In this document: positions 8,664-15,978 of the stretch, piece after piece
Position numbering within the stretch: the stretch's first letter is position 1
Layout of the letters: each line of letters opens with the position of its first letter
IMG/VR virus record: IMGVR_UViG_3300014155_000007
Span: 1-30,066 of that record
Length of the DNA: 30,066 bases
Strand: one strand, 5' to 3'
Origin: a virus
Lineage: Duplodnaviria; Caudoviricetes
The notes under the pieces: model-generated
Databases searched by the model: none
What the model saw: only the letters and a program-made list of their open reading frames with translations
Told to the model about the DNA's origin: nothing
Translations under genes and position numbers: made by a program

Positions 8664-9461
8664 TTAGGCTGACGTTATGACGTACAGTTTGATGATTCCG
8701 TTCGAACCCGAGAATGACGTCACATTCTTTGCCGAAATTCTAAGGGTGTTGCCCGCTATGAACGCGTTGTTTGCAGACGCCGCCCCTGCCGATGCTATAA
8801 TGTTGTACCTGGGTGTCGCTAGCGCTGACGATACCGTCACTACTGCGCCCGTTACTGCGGTGGTGCCGATCTTTACGTAAAAGTCGGCGGTTTTTCCGGT
8901 AAGATTGTCGACGGTCTCAACCATCGCGTACATATCGATGACGTGTCCCGCGGTTTCCAACGGTACGCCTACTACGATATCTCCGTTAGTTGTGACGTCT
9001 CCGAGGTTTACCTTGTACTCCATAACTCCCGGCGGTGCTGCCACGACGCCCATCGATGGGCCGCCGCGTGCTTGCAGGTCAATGGGGATTATATCTCCCG
9101 CGATTCCGCCTCGCAGCGCCATTCCAACTATCGGGTGCGTCCCGCTCTGTGTTCCGAACGTTCCCCCTGCTCGCGTCTCAAGCATGTCCCCGGCGTTTAC
9201 TACGTCGCCAAGTAACCCTTTGCTGACGCCCATAACTCGTATCGTGCACGGGTCGCCCGACTGGAACACGTTACCGCTTGACGCTCCAGGGTTGGGGTCC
9301 ACAAGTATGCCCCACATATTCGAGTATGCACCGCAGAGTGTTATCGTTCCGTCGGCGGCCATGTACATCGCGCAAAACTGATTTGCTGAATAATCGGCAT
9401 ATGCTGGGCCGACTCTGTATGCGCCATCCTGTTCATATGCTTGTGATGATGCTACTGCCAT
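8664..9461 (-). CDS. Capsid cement/decoration protein (DUF2190-like N-terminus) with an extra C-terminal domain
   Basis: GDPCTIRVMGVSK...VNAGDML...VGMALRGG.AGDIIPIDL pattern; lies between scaffold and capsid genes. Confidence 0.75.
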   Translation of the reverse strand: MAVASSQAYEQDGAYRVGPAYADYSANQFCAMYMAADGTITLCGAYSNMWGILVDPNPGASSGNVFQSGDPCTIRVMGVSKGLLGDVVNAGDMLETRAGGTFGTQSGTHPIVGMALRGGIAGDIIPIDLQARGGPSMGVVAAPPGVMEYKVNLGDVTTNGDIVVGVPLETAGHVIDMYAMVETVDNLTGKTADFYVKIGTTAVTGAVVTVSSALATPRYNIIASAGAASANNAFIAGNTLRISAKNVTSFSGSNGIIKLYVITSA

Positions 9462-9464
9462 AAT

Positions 9465-10706
9465 TTACGCTCCTCGTCCCGACAGACGCTTCTTTTCGAA
9501 CTCGTCGTAGAGTTTCGCGTTTGCCCTAACGGCTGCGACACGCGCTGCCTGGGGCGTGATGTCTGTGGACTTTGCCATTAAGCCCTGTGCGATCTTTTCG
9601 ATCTCCGCGTCGACGCCCTCAACAACTTTGTCCGTACCAGCTTCCTCAAACAGCTTACCACGCTTGTTTGATTCGTTGGCCGTTCTTAGGGTTGTCTCAA
9701 GCCAGTTCAGTGCTTCAGGGCTTTGCTCGCCGATTTCCATCATGTGCTCGGCAAGGCCGTCCTGAGGCAGCGTGTCAAACTCGGCCGCCTTTGCCATGTA
9801 GCCGCGCAGTTTTTCCTTGTTTTCAAGGTCGGTGATTTTCTCCAGTTGCTGCTTGAGCATGAGTTCTTTGGCTTCGCCGTCCTTCTGCAACCGGTCAAAG
9901 TAAACCTTAACCGCGTCCGGAAGTTCCGCAAGCGCTTCTTTCGTCATTATGCCGTCTTCCTCTTTCTTCATCTTCTTGGACGCCGACTTCTTACTCTTCG
10001 ATTTCTTGGCTTTTTTATTGGTGTCCTCGTCGTTGTCCTCATCCTCGTCTTCGTCGTCGTCTGAGCCTTTCCCGCTCATCGCATCCTTGAGATCGTCGAC
10101 AATGTCGCTGACCCCTGAGACGTCTTCGTGAGCTTCGAGGATTTTGAGTGCCATCTCTAGCGCCTGTTTCGCCTTGGCATCCGGCGCGGCTTTCGCCATC
10201 TTGGCCATGATTCCTAAGAACTCAGGTGATTGTAGAGGTGTCTCAGAGATAGTCTGGAAATATTCGTCATCTAATTCCATTTCGTTTCCTCCATTTTTGT
10301 TCATTTTCTTTGCTGCTCTCGCTTCCGCTTTCTCTTTCGCTCGCTGTGCTTTGTATTCAGCTTGCACGCGGTCACGTATCGCTCTGGTTTCCGCGTCTAT
10401 ATATCCACACTTAGCCAGTATTACATCGGCATCTTTCTCTATGCTTTGATCTGATCTGAGCGCTCCCCATTCAAGAGGAGACGCTGGCGCGCAATCCGTT
10501 GGCGGGTTCTGTTGCTTATGCAGCTTACACATCGCCTTTTCAATATTGCCATGAAACTCGTCCATGTCAGCCTTCGAAAAGCCAGTAAGCAAGTTGCCCT
10601 GCTTCGCCTGCATATGAAGTCGGCGATGATATTCTGATAAATCTTGCAGGTTTTGCTTAGCAATAGCAGCGATTAAACCTGCTTTCTCACTGCTTGTTAA
10701 GCCCAT
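9465..10706 (-). CDS. Capsid scaffolding protein with an N-terminal extension
   Basis: Coiled-coil protein with acidic and basic tracts, ending LFEEAG...AARVAAVRANAKLYDEF; lies between protease and cement genes. Confidence 0.75.
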   Translation of the reverse strand: MGLTSSEKAGLIAAIAKQNLQDLSEYHRRLHMQAKQGNLLTGFSKADMDEFHGNIEKAMCKLHKQQNPPTDCAPASPLEWGALRSDQSIEKDADVILAKCGYIDAETRAIRDRVQAEYKAQRAKEKAEARAAKKMNKNGGNEMELDDEYFQTISETPLQSPEFLGIMAKMAKAAPDAKAKQALEMALKILEAHEDVSGVSDIVDDLKDAMSGKGSDDDEDEDEDNDEDTNKKAKKSKSKKSASKKMKKEEDGIMTKEALAELPDAVKVYFDRLQKDGEAKELMLKQQLEKITDLENKEKLRGYMAKAAEFDTLPQDGLAEHMMEIGEQSPEALNWLETTLRTANESNKRGKLFEEAGTDKVVEGVDAEIEKIAQGLMAKSTDITPQAARVAAVRANAKLYDEFEKKRLSGRGA

Positions 10707-10808
10707 CGTTTGCCCCCTCTAGGTTTTCTTTGTCCCTCTTGCGCCGTACATAGCGCAATCTCAGAAGCGTTCCTGCTTCCCCATATTCGCATTCTCAATC
10801 GATCGGTG

Positions 10809-10822
10809 TCAACCGCGGTTGA
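10809..10822. promoter_or_regulatory. Perfect 14-bp palindrome TCAACCGCGGTTGA (copy 1), next to a TATA-like TTATAAAA on the minus strand at 10827-10834
   Basis: Read directly. Intergenic, upstream of scaffold/cement/capsid genes; identical copy at 14802. Confidence 0.65.
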
Positions 10823-10836
10823 AGCCTTTTATAACT

Positions 10837-12573
10837 CTAAGATTCCAAAGCACACATAGCGCACTTCAGAAGCGGAAATCTCTTTTCCTTGTTTGCGCCT
10901 GCCGCGCATAATGTAATCTCAAGCGGTTGTATGTCGCTGAGTGCATTGATCGTCGACGGGTCGCCCGCCTCTGCCTTGCTCATTCCTGGTGGCAACTCTC
11001 CCGGAGTCCGGGTGACGTGGCCGCCCATGCTGAAGGCGTTATAAACTCCATCCTTGATCTCTTGCCACAATTTCTTGGCCAGGATGTGAAGTTCAACGAT
11101 CCAACTGCCCGCTTTGACAAGTCTGTTTCCGATAGTCACATCTTGCGGAGCAATATAGCTCTGCGTGACACGAGCTTCAGCCCGCCGTAAGTGCCGGATG
11201 CCCGTAGCCTGACTGTGCTCCATCCACCAACGGGCCGCCTTTTCCAATTCAGCAGGCGGGGCCCATTCGCGTTGGGTATCAAGCTCGTCGGGTTTGTAAA
11301 CCACTCCGGTCACAAGGCGATTTTCATCGTCATCGGCTGATAACAGCTCGAACGTGTGATCAAAGTTATATGAGGTGTCTTTCTTATATAATACCCCACG
11401 ATTAGCTACTTTTTTTTCTGCCTCTTTCGCGGAGTTCGCCAGGTTAATCCGCGCCGCTACTTTCGTGGCTGTCGGCCCGTTGTTAGTGAGCCACTTCTGT
11501 ATCCATTTTATTTTTCGGGATAGCTCTACCTTAGACGATTTAGTCAATGCTCGTGGATGCGGTAGGACGACGTCGACCGGAAGCGCATTGGCAGCCGAAT
11601 GACCTAAAGCGATCGTAAGGTCAGGATTAAAAGCGCGGAGTTCTTTGTTCAGCCATGGCAGCCATTTTAGTACTTCCTCTTTGGATGGCCCGCGAACGCC
11701 GCCTTTCCTGTCCCGCAATACTGATGGAATGACGTTCAGCAGCGCGACTTCCTCTTTCTCCAACCCAAGGGGAGCAAGGTACTGTTCTTTAAATGCACGT
11801 CCATAATGGCCCACCATTGGTTGTCCTCTCCCCGCTTCGAGCGAGTCGGGAGAACCGCTGATAAATGCTATGCGCGGCATTTGGTCTTCCTTCGTTAGAG
11901 GCAAGCTGGGGCTCAAGTCGATCTTGGCGATTTCCTCGCTCAGCATATGGACTCTGCCATCGTCAGTTTGTAAGACCACGCTTCGGAATCCGTCAGATTG
12001 TGTCTCGCCAACGTAGTTCCCGCCGTTGGCAAGTTTCTCCGTGATCCACGTTTCCCATGTATCTGGTTTGGCCGCTTGTGATTTTGGTGAATCTGAGTAG
12101 GCGGCATTAATCCGATTGAATAGTTCAGTCTCGGCCGTTGGCGTTTCTAGCCCTTTTTTCGTGCCTTCTTTTTCCGAATCGGGGGGTGTAGCATCGTCCT
12201 TCTTAAGTGCGCCGGTTTTCTCCTCACTTTGTGGTTCGCTTATTGGCGGTTCTTTGGACTCTTTAGCTTCTTGCACGCTCTTGTGCTTTCGGCCTTTCGC
12301 TATTCCCCCTGATGCTGGGAAAGCCAAGTCACGGAGTCGGTTGAGGAGCCACGTCGGGACAAGGTCTCTATGCTTGCTCACGATTTCATAGGTCGCTTCG
12401 AGGTATTCTTTGGTCAGGCCCTCCGGACCATACCGCTCCGCCCCCCCCTGTCGCCATCGCGCCTTACCACCCGACTTGGCGAGTGCCCGCGTATGTATCT
12501 CTTTTATAGCCCAATCAGGGAGGTAGGCTTTGATCTTGCGCAGAGTTGCGAGGTGATAATCAACACCGGGCAT
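10837..12573 (-). CDS. XkdF-type capsid maturation protease fused to a UDG family 4/5-like domain
   Basis: C-terminal RLVTGVVYKPDELDTQ...GSWIV...LWQEIKDG.YNAFSMGG (XkdF). Central RIAFISGSP...G.PMVG..G...LLNVI...P...E...WL..EL....P..TIALG..A..AL...LPHP (UDG fold). Confidence 0.85.
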   Translation of the reverse strand: MPGVDYHLATLRKIKAYLPDWAIKEIHTRALAKSGGKARWRQGGAERYGPEGLTKEYLEATYEIVSKHRDLVPTWLLNRLRDLAFPASGGIAKGRKHKSVQEAKESKEPPISEPQSEEKTGALKKDDATPPDSEKEGTKKGLETPTAETELFNRINAAYSDSPKSQAAKPDTWETWITEKLANGGNYVGETQSDGFRSVVLQTDDGRVHMLSEEIAKIDLSPSLPLTKEDQMPRIAFISGSPDSLEAGRGQPMVGHYGRAFKEQYLAPLGLEKEEVALLNVIPSVLRDRKGGVRGPSKEEVLKWLPWLNKELRAFNPDLTIALGHSAANALPVDVVLPHPRALTKSSKVELSRKIKWIQKWLTNNGPTATKVAARINLANSAKEAEKKVANRGVLYKKDTSYNFDHTFELLSADDDENRLVTGVVYKPDELDTQREWAPPAELEKAARWWMEHSQATGIRHLRRAEARVTQSYIAPQDVTIGNRLVKAGSWIVELHILAKKLWQEIKDGVYNAFSMGGHVTRTPGELPPGMSKAEAGDPSTINALSDIQPLEITLCAAGANKEKRFPLLKCAMCALES

Positions 12574-12576
12574 TAT

Positions 12577-12711
12577 TTATTCAGCCTCCTGACACTTCTT
12601 GCACACGACCACAAAGGTAGGCTTTCCACCTACTCGCGTGACATCAAAGACGTCGCTGCGTTCGGCCATGAACACTCCACCGCAGTAGCCGCACTTTTGC
12701 TCAACGGGCAT
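12577..12711 (-). CDS. 44-aa zinc-ribbon protein (not in ORF track)
   Basis: MPVEQKCGYCGGVFMAERSDVFDVTRVGGKPTFVVVCKKCQEAE; GGAGG RBS; fills the portal-protease gap. Confidence 0.7.
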   Translation of the reverse strand: MPVEQKCGYCGGVFMAERSDVFDVTRVGGKPTFVVVCKKCQEAE

Positions 12712-14299
12712 TTCGCTTGCCTCCTTTATTCATTTTCTTAGCTTTCTTAGTAGGTCCTATGCCCTGAACAAGCGCTCCAGCGGCGTTTAGTTTCTGCCTC
12801 CGCGTGGCTATCGTTTGCTTTTGCGTCTGCGCTTGAGCTTGAGTTTTGCCGCCTTTCGTTGGCGGTTGCTCTTCGTTCTGTTCGGTCGCCGAAATCACTG
12901 GTTCTCTTGTCGGGACTCCTGTTCTCGGCAGTCCCGCTTCATCGTAGATGCTGTCAAGCAGGTCGTCGTTCGGGAACACGTCAGCACCGGCCCGCATAAG
13001 GTTCAGGAGCAGCATGCCAATCTCTGCGACGTCTGTCTCAGTTACATCGCCATGCACAAGTTCGGGTATCCCTGACAATCCTTCCCATGTGTTCAACTTG
13101 AAGAGTTTTGAGATTGCCTGCTTGTTGAGAACTTCGCATATCAGGTCACAAACCGATGAGATGAACATGACAAAAAAGTTCGACTTCTCTTTCGCAAGGG
13201 CCCACGATCCCGTTGCGTTTCCTAACAACAATATATCAGCGAGGAACACGCGCACGATCTCGCCCTGATAGCGTGCTATAGGCTCGGTAGTTGGCAATGA
13301 TGGTGCGGGCTGCTGATTGCCTACCAGTTCGATGTCGTACATCGGGGTCGTAGCCCCCTCGAACGTGTCACTTGGCAAAAGGAAAAATGCGTCTTCGTTT
13401 CGATACACGTCTTCGCCAATCTGCATGTATCTGTCTACTGTTTCCTGGTTGTCATCCGCCTGAAGTTCAGATAGGGGAATACGGACTATCGGGAGGCCTG
13501 CCATGTTTCGTTCGATCCCGATAAGCTCAAAATCCTCTAACTTGTGTTTTTTATAATAAGCAGAATAAGCACCTCTGAGGACGCTCGACCCTTCAGGGTT
13601 CCCCTTGGTGCTGCGATATGCAAAGTGAACAGCTTTGTCCAGCGGGACATAATAGACGCCTGCACCTGCAGGGTTTAGTTGGATCATGCCCTTTACTTCG
13701 TGCGTCTGGGGGTCGATGTCCCATTTGAATAATGATTCCTGGGGCCGCATTGCGAACTTTCTAAACCCGATTCTACCGTCATTGTAAAGACTTCTTCTAC
13801 TTGGGTCCTTCTGATCAGGACCCATGCGAAGCTTGTAAACAATCTCGTGCACGTCGAACCCGAATTTAATGAACGTTACAAATTCATCAAGATATGCCTG
13901 CCAACTGTTCTCCATGTCCTTGAAAAGGCAGTCAGTGGCAAAGTCCTGAGCTTCTGAATCAATCTCTGAATCGCTTGCCGCATTGAACCAAAACGGGACC
14001 TGGCGAACCGCCATAGTGACCATGTTAAGAGCAGCAAAGACGGTCGCATCCGAGTCGACCATCGTCTTGTAGGCACGGATGCCACGCTGGCCCCTAAGTT
14101 CTTCTACCCATTCCTCAGCAAGGATGCCGCCAAATTGCTTAAGTGCGGGTATGCCTATCTCAGCGTAGATGTTCTTTTTCGTAACTACAGTAGGTTCCCC
14201 GGTTGCGTAGTAAGCCCCGGTCGAGAGATAGTCCTGCTTCCTAAGTTCTCCTCGTGTTCGTGATTTGATTGTAGTCTCTTTTTTCTTCGGTTTCGCCAT
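12701..14299 (-). CDS. Portal protein (DUF935 / Mu gp29-like)
   Basis: FGFDVHEIVYK, GNPEGSSVLRGAY and IGIERNMAGLP motifs; 532 aa; upstream of the protease. Confidence 0.88.
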   Translation of the reverse strand: MAKPKKKETTIKSRTRGELRKQDYLSTGAYYATGEPTVVTKKNIYAEIGIPALKQFGGILAEEWVEELRGQRGIRAYKTMVDSDATVFAALNMVTMAVRQVPFWFNAASDSEIDSEAQDFATDCLFKDMENSWQAYLDEFVTFIKFGFDVHEIVYKLRMGPDQKDPSRRSLYNDGRIGFRKFAMRPQESLFKWDIDPQTHEVKGMIQLNPAGAGVYYVPLDKAVHFAYRSTKGNPEGSSVLRGAYSAYYKKHKLEDFELIGIERNMAGLPIVRIPLSELQADDNQETVDRYMQIGEDVYRNEDAFFLLPSDTFEGATTPMYDIELVGNQQPAPSLPTTEPIARYQGEIVRVFLADILLLGNATGSWALAKEKSNFFVMFISSVCDLICEVLNKQAISKLFKLNTWEGLSGIPELVHGDVTETDVAEIGMLLLNLMRAGADVFPNDDLLDSIYDEAGLPRTGVPTREPVISATEQNEEQPPTKGGKTQAQAQTQKQTIATRRQKLNAAGALVQGIGPTKKAKKMNKGGKRNAR

Positions 14300-14329
14300 T
14301 ATTCACCCCCCTGATTCGTCATCGTGAAA

Positions 14330-14674
14330 CTATGCTGGAATATAGATCAGCGGCGCAGTCCCCCGCCGTATCGAGTCGAGCATGATCTCGCTGCAATCGT
14401 TATGGTTGCCCCTCGGTTCATACTCCTGGCACGATCCAGGTCGATTCTCGTAGATGCCACACCGGCCGGTCGTCCAAAAGATGCAAGGCTGCGTGAACTT
14501 GAATGACCTAGCGGTCGCGAACTTACCGCGCACCGTGAACCGTTGCGTCACTTCTCCGACTGACATACCAAGCTCCCTCGCGATATATAAGCGGTCGACA
14601 TAGTTGCACGCGATCTCTCGCGGAACGACGCAGCAATATCCTCCACAGTCCCCGCACTCGGCAAATTCTGTCAT
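14330..14674 (-). CDS. YkgJ-family (CxxCxxCC) cysteine-cluster protein
   Basis: CGDCGGYCC...CIFW...CGIYENRPGSCQEY. Confidence 0.85.
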   Translation of the reverse strand: MTEFAECGDCGGYCCVVPREIACNYVDRLYIARELGMSVGEVTQRFTVRGKFATARSFKFTQPCIFWTTGRCGIYENRPGSCQEYEPRGNHNDCSEIMLDSIRRGTAPLIYIPA

Positions 14675-14681
14675 TTTAGTT

Positions 14682-14777
14682 TCAGTCCCCGCCAGCTATA
14701 AGAACCCAAACCCAAAATCCTACGGCTGCTATAGCTGCTCCGATTATCACCCATGCAAACACTGTCAATGCGTCCAT
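14682..14777 (-). CDS. 31-aa single-TM peptide (not in ORF track)
   Basis: MDALTVFAWVIIGAAIAAVGFWVWVLIAGGD; GAGGAG RBS. Confidence 0.6.
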   Translation of the reverse strand: MDALTVFAWVIIGAAIAAVGFWVWVLIAGGD

Positions 14778-14801
14778 CTTTTTTCTCCTCGCACTCTTCT
14801 G

Positions 14802-14823
14802 TCAACCGCGGTTGAATGGTTGA
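14802..14823. promoter_or_regulatory. Palindrome TCAACCGCGGTTGA (copy 2, 14802-14815) plus an extra GGTTGA half-site
   Basis: Read directly. Intergenic, upstream of the TM peptide, YkgJ and portal genes. Confidence 0.65.
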
Positions 14824-14827
14824 CACC

Positions 14828-14857
14828 TAAATTAAAATGAGGGGACATCAGTCCCCT
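14828..14857 (-). terminator. Hairpin AGGGGAC-TGAT-GTCCCCT followed by CATTTTAATTT
   Basis: 7-bp GC-rich stem with a 4-nt loop and a T-rich tail on the minus strand. Confidence 0.55.
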
Positions 14858-14905
14858 TTATGCGGTCGGTATATCTACCGGTTCCACGCTAACACGCTTT
14901 ACGAC

Positions 14906-15028
14906 CTACGTCGCGGCCTTTCTCCTGTGATGATGGTGCTTCGCTTTTTTCTCTATAAGCACCCGTACCTCACGGCTCGTCGATGGTTCATAGTACCGCT
15001 TATGCTTGCGGTGATGATGCTCTTCCAT
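14906..15028 (-). CDS. 40-aa His/Arg/Lys-rich peptide (not in ORF track)
   Basis: MEEHHHRKHKRYYEPSTSREVRVLIEKKAKHHHHRRKAAT; coupled to the upstream gene by a TGATG overlap. Confidence 0.55.
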   Translation of the reverse strand: MEEHHHRKHKRYYEPSTSREVRVLIEKKAKHHHHRRKAAT

Positions 15029-15366
15029 CACACAGAACCCCCCGCATAGACCGCCTGGAATGCCGCGATGCCTTCGGCTGCCTCTGACACGGAGATTGAA
15101 TACGCTCCTGACGAATCAGTCTCAGCGGTTGCCCCATCGATGTCGACGAAACCAGCGTCAGTTTTTACTTGCAGCTGGATCGTTTGACCTGCGGGCGTAG
15201 TGCCGTCCGCTCCAGATAACACGCCAACGATTGCAAAGGCTTCATTCTCTTCTGCTGTTGAAACGCTCGCGGTTGCCGTCAGTTGCGTGACTACATTCGA
15301 AGCCACAATCGTGACGTCTACTTCAGCGCTTGTTGCTGGTGCATAGTTTACCATTTGATTTTTCAC
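15028..15366 (-). CDS. Stand-alone acidic Ig-like domain protein
   Basis: TQLTATAS...G.LS...GQTIQLQ...TDSSGAYSIS...FQAVYAG pattern; GGAGGTGA RBS. Confidence 0.65.
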   Translation of the reverse strand: MKNQMVNYAPATSAEVDVTIVASNVVTQLTATASVSTAEENEAFAIVGVLSGADGTTPAGQTIQLQVKTDAGFVDIDGATAETDSSGAYSISVSEAAEGIAAFQAVYAGGSV

Positions 15367-15399
15367 CTCCGCTTGTGCTGGATATTGTTGTGACTTTGG

Positions 15400-15792
15400 T
15401 CACTTTGATGTACACTGACTCCTCGCGGCAAGAACTGTTGCGGCGAGTTGCCGGATCCCGGGATTGTATTTCAAGCAGTTAGGGTCGGAGCAATGTGCAA
15501 TCCTGTGGTGCTCTAAATGATGTAGTACTATGAAATTGCTCATAAGAAAATTGTAATCGCTTTGCTGTGTAGGTGTCATAAGATGATAAGGAAATACGTC
15601 ATGCGCGTCAAGTTCCAATTGGTCCCCCGGTGCACCATCAAGCGCTCCATTTGCACCGGCTGTTGAGCCGCACATTTCGCATGTAGTATGTGCAGCGCGA
15701 TAATCGGCTTCGGCTTTGTCCCATATTGGGGTTCGACCTGATCCGAGTAAGTGCCGTGCTAAGCCTTTTCGTGCTAAAACACTTTTTTCCAT
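15400..15792 (-). CDS. Divergent HNH-like protein, paralog of 20605..20964
   Basis: WDK...CEMCG...AHDVFP...SNFIVLHHLEH. Confidence 0.6.
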   Translation of the reverse strand: MEKSVLARKGLARHLLGSGRTPIWDKAEADYRAAHTTCEMCGSTAGANGALDGAPGDQLELDAHDVFPYHLMTPTQQSDYNFLMSNFIVLHHLEHHRIAHCSDPNCLKYNPGIRQLAATVLAARSQCTSK

Positions 15793-15802
15793 TTAGTCGC
15801 TC

Positions 15803-15967
15803 CTAGTCGTCATTCATCCATGATTGAATTATGAGCAATACGCCGATCATCGCGCCAAATATGACGATGAAGAATGCCATGTTATTTGTTAGGTACATCG
15901 CTAGACCGGCAAACACCATCACGCCAAAAAGCGCGACTATTATTTCGACGCCTGTTTTAAACTTCAT
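15803..15967 (-). CDS. 54-aa two-TM membrane protein (not in ORF track)
   Basis: MKFKTGVEIIVALFGVMVFAGLAMYLTNNMAFFIVIFGAMIGVLLIIQSWMNDD; GGAGG RBS. Confidence 0.65.
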   Translation of the reverse strand: MKFKTGVEIIVALFGVMVFAGLAMYLTNNMAFFIVIFGAMIGVLLIIQSWMNDD

Positions 15968-15978
15968 TTGTTCCCTCC

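Noticed and set aside
10697-10792. Short ORF MRIWGSRNASEIALCTAQ..., resembling the protease tail EITLCAAG
   Set aside because: The match is too short and there is no clear RBS; more likely a leader with two small hairpins.
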